DNA of 64,000 nucleotides from a virus, in the IMG/VR virus record IMGVR_UViG_3300022188_000008, positions 31,306 through 95,305 of that record; one strand, written 5' to 3'. Made by a program: the position numbers and the translations under genes. Below the pieces are notes generated by a model. The model worked only from the letters and a program-made list of their open reading frames with translations. It did not search any database and was not told the origin of the DNA. Below are positions 56,860 to 64,000 of the stretch, piece by piece (position 1 is the first letter of the stretch; every line of letters starts with the position of its first letter).

Positions 56860-56898
56860 GCCCTCTAAGCATCACTCACTTAGGGGGTTTTCTTTTTT
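56860..56898 (+). terminator. Intrinsic terminator ending the late operon
   Basis: GCCCTCTAAG-9nt-CTTAGGGGGT-TTTCTTTTTT. Confidence 0.75.
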
Positions 56899-56976
56899 CT
56901 ACACATACCCTACTATCTGGTATCCCCTCTAAAGGCTTTGAGGATATAACTATATCTCTTTTGAGATATATTTGTA

Positions 56977-57190
56977 TATGAGCCGAGGCTGGCGTCTCCT
57001 CGCTGGAAAAGTGGCGCTACCCAGATTTGACCTTCAGGAGGTCACCCCGTCCTGGTGCTGGTAGGCAGGGGATAGGCTGGGGATTCGTTGTTGGGGGTAT
57101 GCAACAACGAATGGCCGGTAAAGCCAGACCTGGGCGGTCACACCACCCCAGTTCAGCCCGAGGAGGGCTGATTCCGACGATGGCTCCATA
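56977..57190 (+). ncRNA. Candidate GC-rich multibranch ncRNA
   Basis: Nested stems 57077-82/57146-51, 57083-93/57102-12, TGGC/GCCA, GACC/GGTC and 57153-59/57165-71; the ends pair (TATGAGCC/GGCTCCATA). Confidence 0.6.
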
Positions 57191-57286
57191 CGGTAGAAAA
57201 AAATCATAATTTTTCATAATAATCAAATTTCATAATTTTTGTTATGATTTTTCTCATAATGTAGAAAACACTTATGCCATCCCAGA

Positions 57287-57624
57287 CATAACGTCTAATA
57301 TATAAATTTCATAATAATTATTATGAAATTTATATTATATAGGAACTATCTCTCTTATGTACTATTACTAGGTATAATATCTGGTAATAGTATATAGGGG
57401 GATAGTTCCTCTGATTCACCACCGGTAGAGATCTACCACTATTATGATAAATTATGAAATCTAGAATCATGATATCGTTAGATATCGTGATAGTAGATGA
57501 GATAATCAAGATATCTACAGATATGATGATATCTTGATAAGATGTTACAGATTAAGAGAGATAATGTGTAGTTATTACCTGTTATTATGAATTTATTATG
57601 ATTTTATATATATTAGACGTTATG
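57287..57624 (+). repeat. 338-bp element bounded by 18-bp inverted repeats, with internal long hairpins
   Basis: CATAACGTCTAATATATA / TATATATTAGACGTTATG; 36-bp perfect palindrome at 57300-57335; 30-bp hairpin at 57341-57410. Confidence 0.75.
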
Positions 57625-57695
57625 CCAGTTATGAAATAACGGAGATTTAGATAGAGAATTTTTTCTGTTTGGTATTTTCATTATAATGGCTATTT

Positions 57696-58013
57696 TTATT
57701 TTGCAGCAGATTGTATCCATCTTTTATATTTTTCTAATTCTAATTCAACTCTAGTTTTTAACTTGGTGATATCAGAAGCTGTTAAATTATATTTATTCCC
57801 ACCAATTGATTTCAATATAAACGTATCTTTGTATATTCCTCGTTTGAATTTATTGAGTATATTATTAATAGTCTCATCTACAACATTAAAATGTATATAA
57901 ATGGTATATCCTAATGGTGATACCCAACCATCTCCAGTTTTATTTACTGAAATATGATAATTTATATTGTTTGAATTACAATATTTTATAACTTCAGTTA
58001 ATTCCCTTTTCAT
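57696..58013 (-). CDS. Hypothetical protein
   Basis: ORF with AAGGA RBS. Confidence 0.5.
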   Translation of the reverse strand: MKRELTEVIKYCNSNNINYHISVNKTGDGWVSPLGYTIYIHFNVVDETINNILNKFKRGIYKDTFILKSIGGNKYNLTASDITKLKTRVELELEKYKRWIQSAAK

Positions 58014-58052
58014 AGCCTATTAGTTCCTTTTTTAGAATTTTCATAATTTTTG

Positions 58053-58409
58053 TTATGATTTTTTCTTAGAGGAAAAGAAACTTAATGTGATAATAGCACC
58101 ATCATCATCTATATATGTTAAATAAAGATCTAAATCAGTTATATCTTTCCAGCTAAATTCCTTTCCTTTAGTTGTTATTAGTTTAATTTCTTTCACAGAT
58201 TCTTGTCGTATATCTCTACTTGGGAACGTATATAGGTCTTTCCTCCAGATTGGTAATTCATGTGTGTTTTCTTTCCAGAATTTATCTAAATCTTTTTTGG
58301 CTTTTCTGGCATGTCTCAAAAACAATAAATTTGCAATAATACATATTAAAGCCCATACTAAAACTCCAACTATAACAGCCATCACTACTTTATGATATAT
58401 TATAAGCAT
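58053..58409 (-). CDS. Membrane-anchored hypothetical protein
   Basis: N-terminal TM segment. Confidence 0.55.
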   Translation of the reverse strand: MLIIYHKVVMAVIVGVLVWALICIIANLLFLRHARKAKKDLDKFWKENTHELPIWRKDLYTFPSRDIRQESVKEIKLITTKGKEFSWKDITDLDLYLTYIDDDGAIITLSFFSSKKKS

Positions 58410-58568
58410 TTTTATCCCTTGTTATAAGATTTAGGAATGTATGTATTATTATAGTCCTTCTTCAGGAACTTGTAGATGATGAATACCTTATTATTTTCAT
58501 GTATTAGATATTTGCTCCATAAGGGGTCTGATAATAAGTCCCTGAAGAGGTTTTTATGTATTTCTATT

Positions 58569-58916
58569 CTAGCTTTCAATACATCCTCCTTCCAGCCACC
58601 TTAATAAATTAGCCCCCTCTTTTATACATTTTATCCCCCCGATATCTCTAAAAACACAACAACATTTCCGTTCTCCAATAATCTCCCATTTATCATCTAT
58701 CCATTCCCATGCGATTCTATTCATTTTGCAAAGTTGGCATACTCGAAGAAGAGGAAAGCATTGCCTTACAGACAAAAGCAGGATAGGCTTACGATAAACC
58801 AAGCTATTTATATTTCTCATGTAACCCCAAAATCTAGTTATATACCTGCCGTCCTAAAGTGCTAGCCATACCCATTGCATTTTACCTACTGATTTCAGCT
58901 TTTTATTTATTTTCAT
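58569..58916 (-). pseudogene. Paralog of 61151..61483 interrupted by an in-frame TAG
   Basis: MKINKKLKSVGKMQWVWLAL*DGRY..., versus LRSIAKMQWVWLALEEDHRW in the paralog; both end WLE.GC; AAGGAG RBS at ATG 58916. Confidence 0.7.
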
Positions 58917-58979
58917 TTCAGACTCCTTAACTAATAATTGAGTTGTAAATTTTACTTCTCAGGATAGCATTATTGATTA

Positions 58980-59462
58980 TTATTTTTCTATTAAATATAT
59001 CTCTCCACCACATATAGGACATTGATATACTCTCTTTCTTAATTCTGCTAAGATTTTGGGATGTATTATGTGATCTATCCTAACTCTTTCTTTATCATCT
59101 TTGTTCTCTTCGAACCAATCAATAAATAGTTTCTCATCACCACTAAAAGAGAAAAAAGCTATAAATCCATGACAACCATATTTGATATATACTTTCTCTC
59201 TTTCTATTATGAAATTAACAGTACATCCATTTGGATGTAGCTTTGTAACGCTTAATAGCACGTCTTCTAATGTTCTTTTTTCTTGCAGGACTATTTTTCT
59301 TTCTTTTTTATTTTTGATAGATTCGAGATATTCTTCCCTCAGTTCTCTAGCTTTAAAGGCTTTTCGGGCTTCTTCTTCAATTTCCATCATATCTCTGGGA
59401 TATTTTAAAAGATCTTCATTATCTGCTGGTTCTAATAGCATATCTTTTGGTTGTATTTTCAT
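58980..59462 (-). CDS. Hypothetical Zn-binding protein
   Basis: H.NGC...C H...CPICGG. Confidence 0.55.
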   Translation of the reverse strand: MKIQPKDMLLEPADNEDLLKYPRDMMEIEEEARKAFKARELREEYLESIKNKKERKIVLQEKRTLEDVLLSVTKLHPNGCTVNFIIEREKVYIKYGCHGFIAFFSFSGDEKLFIDWFEENKDDKERVRIDHIIHPKILAELRKRVYQCPICGGEIYLIEK

Positions 59463-59484
59463 ATTCTGTACTCCTCTTCTCTAT

Positions 59485-59796
59485 TTAACTCTTTTCCTTC
59501 CAGTTATTCCATTTTATTTCTGCTAATTCCCATCCTAAATCAAGCGTTAAGAAGAAACAGCATCTCCTACCTATATAACCTAATTCGCAGAATAGGCATT
59601 TTTCATAATTATCTTCCTCATTATTCTCTATCAGAAATTGCTGCAAATCATATGTGCCTTCTTCATAATTTTCATAGTTCTCATTTATGAACCGATGCAT
59701 CCTTAGCTTTGCTATAGAGCAGAAAGGATTATGCTCTTTTACAATGTACCCATCAAAAGCCATTCCAACTATCGACCAAAAAATATCATTTTGCAT
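59485..59796 (-). CDS. Cys-motif hypothetical protein
   Basis: PFC...CLFC...CC. Confidence 0.55.
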   Translation of the reverse strand: MQNDIFWSIVGMAFDGYIVKEHNPFCSIAKLRMHRFINENYENYEEGTYDLQQFLIENNEEDNYEKCLFCELGYIGRRCCFFLTLDLGWELAEIKWNNWKEKS

Positions 59797-59815
59797 ATAC
59801 TATTCCTCTTTTTTA

Positions 59816-60268
59816 TTAAGGATTTGGTTCAAAAAATTCAATAACGATATAAGTTGCTTTGGGGGCTAATTCTTTGAATTCCTCAAAAGTAAATCCCGAG
59901 TATGGGTGTGGATGCCAGCTTTCTCTATTAAAACTCAGTTTAATATTTTCTATATTTTTCCACTCCCATTCTACGTTTCCTTCTTTAGTAGTTACTTTCA
60001 TAGATACATTCCCATCAGAAATTTCGGCTTCTGCACTGTCTCTTCCTTCTTCACCAGATTCATTATTCGCTGTAAGCTCTAATTTCCTACCTAATTCTTT
60101 TTCAGCTTTTGCCAACAAATACCTTGTATATGCTAATTCTTTGGCTAGATCTTTTGGGTTGTAATCAAATTCTTTTAATTCAATATCTCCTTCAGATATC
60201 GAAAGGTTTTCAAATTTAGAAGCATGTAACAAATAAGAGTTTCTGTTAAAAATACATGGTTTAGGCAT
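59816..60268 (-). CDS. Hypothetical protein
   Basis: AGGAGGAG RBS. Confidence 0.55.
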   Translation of the reverse strand: MPKPCIFNRNSYLLHASKFENLSISEGDIELKEFDYNPKDLAKELAYTRYLLAKAEKELGRKLELTANNESGEEGRDSAEAEISDGNVSMKVTTKEGNVEWEWKNIENIKLSFNRESWHPHPYSGFTFEEFKELAPKATYIVIEFFEPNP

Positions 60269-60284
60269 TTTATACTCCTCCTAT

Positions 60285-60674
60285 TTACAATATTCCTTCC
60301 TTCTTCAGACGTATTAAATCATCTGGGCTAACTTTATCCAACAATTTCAGCAAATCTTGTATCTCTGTAGCATTCTTATTTGCAGAAATCTCTTTTTCTA
60401 ATTTTTTATGTAGCTCTTCTATCTTATATTCATATTCTATTTTTTGTGTTTCTAATTTTTCAATTAGAGGCTCTATAAATTCTGTAAGTAAATCACAGTC
60501 TACAGAAGCATACATAGAGCCGTCTTTATAAAAATATATAGGCCATAACCCATCACTTCTTATTTCTGAGGGAACAATTATCTTTCCTCTATACTCAGAC
60601 TTGTATTTCTCATTTGCAGTCATGTTGTAATCTATAGCTTCTCCTTCTTTCAGGTATATAATGTATTCACCCAT
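60285..60674 (-). CDS. Hypothetical protein
   Basis: AGGAGG RBS; C-terminal coiled coil. Confidence 0.55.
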   Translation of the reverse strand: MGEYIIYLKEGEAIDYNMTANEKYKSEYRGKIIVPSEIRSDGLWPIYFYKDGSMYASVDCDLLTEFIEPLIEKLETQKIEYEYKIEELHKKLEKEISANKNATEIQDLLKLLDKVSPDDLIRLKKEGIL

Positions 60675-60988
60675 TATTTAATCCTCCTTCTTGTTAATAA
60701 AATGGCTAATCCTTGTTTATATTGTATCATTTGTAGAATGTTTAATTCATACATGTGTCTCCATTGATTCAACATTGTCTGCAACTTTGTGGTATTTCCA
60801 GTTATGATTTTATATTCAACCTTTTCTTGCTGTTTGATATTGCTATTCATAACAACCATCAATGCCTCCATTTTAGGATCTAATTGTTGATACTTTTCTT
60901 CTACAGGATAATGTTTACATCCAGTAATGTAACCATTCTCAGTATCTATGATTTCTTTTCCACAAAATTCACAAATGAAACTACTCAT
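60674..60988 (-). CDS. Zn-ribbon hypothetical protein
   Basis: MSSFICEFCG..I.D...GY.TGC.HYP. Confidence 0.6.
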   Translation of the reverse strand: MSSFICEFCGKEIIDTENGYITGCKHYPVEEKYQQLDPKMEALMVVMNSNIKQQEKVEYKIITGNTTKLQTMLNQWRHMYELNILQMIQYKQGLAILLTRRRIK

Positions 60989-61158
60989 TCTTTATCCTTA
61001 TAAGGCTCAATTGTTAGTGTCCTGAATAGAGAACCACAACTTCTACATCTATACCTGAACCACAGTGGAAGACCAAATTCATTATGGTCCTCAATATCTA
61101 TACTTTTACAGATAGAACAAATAATAATGTCATTGTCTTTTATTTTTCGTTTAATCAC
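60985..61158 (-). CDS. Small Zn-ribbon protein (57 aa, not in ORF track)
   Basis: CSICKS...YRCRSCG; GTG start with GAGGGG RBS. Confidence 0.55.
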   Translation of the reverse strand: MIKRKIKDNDIIICSICKSIDIEDHNEFGLPLWFRYRCRSCGSLFRTLTIEPYKDKE

Positions 61159-61483
61159 ACCCCCTCTCCAACCAAGCCCACAGTTTTGTTATAATTTCAT
61201 CACTACAGTATCTATCCAAAACACAACTACACCCTGCAAACTTGTAACCTTCTCTTTTATCTGCCCATTGACTATGCCAGTAGTGCATTCTGCAAAAGAC
61301 ACAATCCCTACTGGTGCGGAAAAAGCGTAAATGAGCTTCAGAAACTAGATTGCTATAAAAAAGAAAATCCCACCAGGGAGCTTTATTTGCATTGACAAAT
61401 TTTCTCCAGCGATGGTCTTCTTCTAACGCTAGCCATACCCATTGCATCTTAGCTATTGATCGTAAACATCCAGTATTTCCCAT
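61151..61483 (-). CDS. Cys-motif hypothetical protein
   Basis: MQWVWLAL...CVFC...CSC...C. Confidence 0.6.
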   Translation of the reverse strand: MGNTGCLRSIAKMQWVWLALEEDHRWRKFVNANKAPWWDFLFYSNLVSEAHLRFFRTSRDCVFCRMHYWHSQWADKREGYKFAGCSCVLDRYCSDEIITKLWAWLERGCD

Positions 61484-61748
61484 TACGCATCTTCTCCCAT
61501 TCTTCTTGCAATTCCAAGAACTTCTTCACAACATCCTTACAATCACACTTTTCACATACAAATGGATTTCCGTGCTTGAAGCCTGTACCATTCAGGTATA
61601 CCCATCTGGCTACATCGCCCTCCTTGAAAAAGCGACCACACAGCCCACACCTGAAGTATCTACCATCACGATATCCTCCCCAAGGACGCTTCAGGTCTTC
61701 TTTGGTGACCACAAAGGGCTTTTGGTTGGTGAAATCTCGTTTACTCAT
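61449..61748 (-). CDS. Zn-finger hypothetical protein
   Basis: FRCGLCG..F..GD..RW...N..VC..CD. Confidence 0.65.
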   Translation of the reverse strand: MSKRDFTNQKPFVVTKEDLKRPWGGYRDGRYFRCGLCGRFFKEGDVARWVYLNGTGFKHGNPFVCEKCDCKDVVKKFLELQEEWEKMRNGKYWMFTINS

Positions 61749-61969
61749 CTTCTTTTCTCCATCTTTTTAGGAGCATTAAATAATAGGCCATACAACGCCA
61801 TCAATTTAGGACGAATTTCTGCTATTGTAGAATCGAGTCTGTTCAAGTGTTCTAATGCTTCATCCCATTTTTGCTCATCTGCCGCAATGCTCATACTGCT
61901 AACTGTGGAGCTTGCTTTGGTAATTAGCTTATCTGTTTCGTCTAATAATTTGCTGATTTCATTCTTCAT
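61745..61969 (-). CDS. Helical hypothetical protein
   Basis: Likely start ATG 61969 (MKNEISKLL). Confidence 0.5.
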   Translation of the reverse strand: MKNEISKLLDETDKLITKASSTVSSMSIAADEQKWDEALEHLNRLDSTIAEIRPKLMALYGLLFNAPKKMEKRR

Positions 61970-62414
61970 CTTCTTCTTCCAGCCCTGGCGGTAGCTCGCC
62001 CTTGAAGGGGGCGACCTCGTCAAAAACACACTTTCCTTTGTCTTGATAGTGACACCAAAAACGCTCACCATCCTTTTGCCAATATCTAACTAGAACCCAA
62101 TATCCGCCTCTAACTCTTCCCCAAACCCACTCGTTTCTCTTCGGCTTCCAAGGCCGAGGTGGAAGGTTCTTCGGGTCGAGGACATCTACTGGGGCATAGA
62201 GGAAATAAGGCACTTTATCCGAATGGTGTATAGTTCCATTTCGTGTGATTTCTACTGCTTGTTTAGCATCGTCTGAGACAACCCATATAGGATAGAAATC
62301 ATCACTTAAATTCCCACGATCTACAGTCCTTACTGTGTATTCTTTATTACCTTCTAAAAAATTGTACAACTTATCCCCAACCTGTACATCTGCTAAATAA
62401 GATTTATCACTCAT
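61959..62414 (-). CDS. Hypothetical protein
   Basis: VQVGDKLY...YPI; W.PK..EWVW...PF.GELP. Confidence 0.6.
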   Translation of the reverse strand: MSDKSYLADVQVGDKLYNFLEGNKEYTVRTVDRGNLSDDFYPIWVVSDDAKQAVEITRNGTIHHSDKVPYFLYAPVDVLDPKNLPPRPWKPKRNEWVWGRVRGGYWVLVRYWQKDGERFWCHYQDKGKCVFDEVAPFKGELPPGLEEEDEE

Positions 62415-62454
62415 TACTTTTCTCCTTTTTTAATATTACTCTTTATTTCATTTA

Positions 62455-62751
62455 TTATGGTTTCAACTTCATTAAAGCATAAAATTCTGGATTTAATATT
62501 CTTGGTATAGCCTCAAGAAAGAAAATAAGCATAAATGCAAAAGTGAAAACTCCAAAAATTGTTAAAAGCACAGTAATTATACAACTATCTTGCTCTTTCT
62601 TCTTTCCCCATAATAATGTCATAATGAAAGCAGATAGGAAGATAAAAACCCCTATTCCTGAGATCCATACTTCTATCCAAGTTTGGTGTATTGCTAATTT
62701 CCAAGCCTGTGGAGCAAATTCTTTAAGCCATTGTATTACTTCTTTATCCAT
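62455..62751 (-). CDS. Two-TM membrane protein
   Basis: AP..W...Q, two TMs, NPEFYAL. Confidence 0.6.
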   Translation of the reverse strand: MDKEVIQWLKEFAPQAWKLAIHQTWIEVWISGIGVFIFLSAFIMTLLWGKKKEQDSCIITVLLTIFGVFTFAFMLIFFLEAIPRILNPEFYALMKLKP

Positions 62752-63179
62752 TACCCTCTCCTTTCAGTCCATCTTCTTTCTTTGCTATTCCATTTATATC
62801 CTAATTTCTTCAATTTCTGAGAAACATAAGAAGCACTAAACCCTAATTCTGCTCCCAAATCTTTAGGTCTGAAATTACCAAATTTATGTATTACTTCTTT
62901 GACCCCTCCTCTTTCTTCTATTGCTTTCTGAAGACCTGTTTTAGTGCCTGCCCATCCTTTAGGCTTTAAAGGTATTTTCATATATATAAGTGCTCTGTAG
63001 ATTGTACAGGGGTCATATCCCCACCTTCTAGCCATCTCTTTTGTAGATGTTTCATAATATTCTTTCCTAAGAGCTTGCTTTGTTTTCTCTAAGTCGTAGC
63101 TATTCTTTTCGAATGCTAAGGCTAAGAATGTACCTTTCCTAAAGGGAATTTTTATGCCATTCTTTTTTCTTTCGGTCAT
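62751..63179 (-). CDS. Double-HTH protein, paralog of the next gene
   Basis: AL.KEYYET.T..MA..WGY...TIY..L shared; second HTH LGAELGFSASYVS. Confidence 0.7.
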   Translation of the reverse strand: MTERKKNGIKIPFRKGTFLALAFEKNSYDLEKTKQALRKEYYETSTKEMARRWGYDPCTIYRALIYMKIPLKPKGWAGTKTGLQKAIEERGGVKEVIHKFGNFRPKDLGAELGFSASYVSQKLKKLGYKWNSKERRWTERRG

Positions 63180-63555
63180 ATTTATAACCTCTTCTTGCTA
63201 AGCTCCTGCTTAGATATGTCTGAGATATTCCTAATTCTGATGATATTTCTTTTATGGTCTTCCCCTTGTGCATCTTTATTATCTTCTGAATTCCACCTTG
63301 TTCTTTTACAATTCTATCAAACATAGAATCTTTAGAAGCCCAACCTTTATGAATAAATTTGACGCCGAGCCTTTTAAGAGTTACATATATTGTCTGGGAG
63401 TGATACCCCCACTTTTTTGCCATTATCATAGTATTTGTCTCATAATATTCTTTCTTGAGAGCTTCTACTGTTTTATCCCAATCCCAGTTGTTTACCTGCA
63501 AAGCTAGCTCTAAGAAAGATCCTGCTTGTATTCGTCTTCCTTTAATGATACGCAT
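63139..63555 (-). CDS. Double-HTH protein, paralog of the previous gene
   Basis: Same motifs; TIKEISSELGISQTYLS. Confidence 0.7.
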   Translation of the reverse strand: MRIIKGRRIQAGSFLELALQVNNWDWDKTVEALKKEYYETNTMIMAKKWGYHSQTIYVTLKRLGVKFIHKGWASKDSMFDRIVKEQGGIQKIIKMHKGKTIKEISSELGISQTYLSRSLARRGYKYDRKKKEWHKNSL

Positions 63556-63890
63556 AATTCTGTGACCTCAGCATCAAACCAATTTTCAACAGCAGAAATT
63601 ACTGCGGGTTTAGAGAATTTCTTACAAGATGTAATATCTATGTAGAATTCTCCTGTTTCAGGCCATGTATGTAGTTGTGCTCCACTTTCCAAGTAAACAC
63701 ATCCTATCGAAATACCTGGAGCTTTACCATTCCAACTAGCCCCTCCAATTAAATGTGCTGTTCTCCCTATTTCTGTAACATCTAATGTTTTCACTAAATA
63801 ATCCATAAATCTACTACAATAATTCAAATCACTGAGAAGTTTAGAGTGCTTTGTAGTACAATTAAGTGGAAGCCTGTACAACTCAACCAT
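63510..63890 (-). CDS. speD: S-adenosylmethionine decarboxylase proenzyme-like protein
   Basis: GIS...LES...LHTWPE.G...IDI.SCK; ES autocleavage site. Confidence 0.8.
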   Translation of the reverse strand: MVELYRLPLNCTTKHSKLLSDLNYCSRFMDYLVKTLDVTEIGRTAHLIGGASWNGKAPGISIGCVYLESGAQLHTWPETGEFYIDITSCKKFSKPAVISAVENWFDAEVTELCVSLKEDEYKQDLS

Positions 63891-64000
63891 TTTCTCTTCC
63901 CTCCAGAATTTGATTAAAGATTATATCAACTAACTCATAATTCCCTTTTTCTATAGTTTCTATTATTTCCTTATCTAAATCATAACTATAAGAATTGTAA

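Noticed and set aside
56784-57226. Short ORFs 56784..56981, 57017..57226 and 57027..57209
   Set aside because: They cross a terminator and a GC-rich hairpin cluster and have no protein-like features.
1-64000. Genome-wide TAG reassignment (genetic code 15)
   Set aside because: Long genes are intact in code 11 and several end in TAG directly before the next RBS; only one internal TAG was found.

Overview
This window is 64 kb of an AT-rich tailed dsDNA phage genome, siphovirus-like (long tape measure protein, no sheath gene), with no integrase, DNA polymerase, reverse transcriptase or CRISPR array. The layout has five parts. (1) 1-11.5 kb: a leftward early region of small ORFs that ends in a SNF2-type helicase running off the edge. 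(2) 11.5-15.3 kb: a control region with two families of palindromic operators, an orphan inverted tail-tip-like gene and structured non-coding DNA. (3) 15.3-44.7 kb: rightward packaging, head and tail modules (MT-A70 methyltransferase, DHH phosphoesterase, RuvC-like resolvase, TerL, portal, scaffold, major capsid, tail tube, frameshifted chaperones, 1926-aa tape measure, tail tip). (4) 44.7-56.7 kb: a visibly more GC-rich block with eight consecutive signal-peptide-bearing proteins (mostly fibre, beta-helix or lectin-like), an ADP-ribosyltransferase-fold gene flanked by tRNA-like RNAs, and a lysis module. (5) About 1 kb of densely structured non-coding DNA, then leftward small genes including a SAM decarboxylase. 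The best candidates for an undescribed system are the Sec-exported modular fibre array at 44.7-52.6 kb and the ART plus D-armless tRNA-mimic cassette at 52.9-53.9 kb. All protein calls come from motif recognition by eye; no database searches were run.
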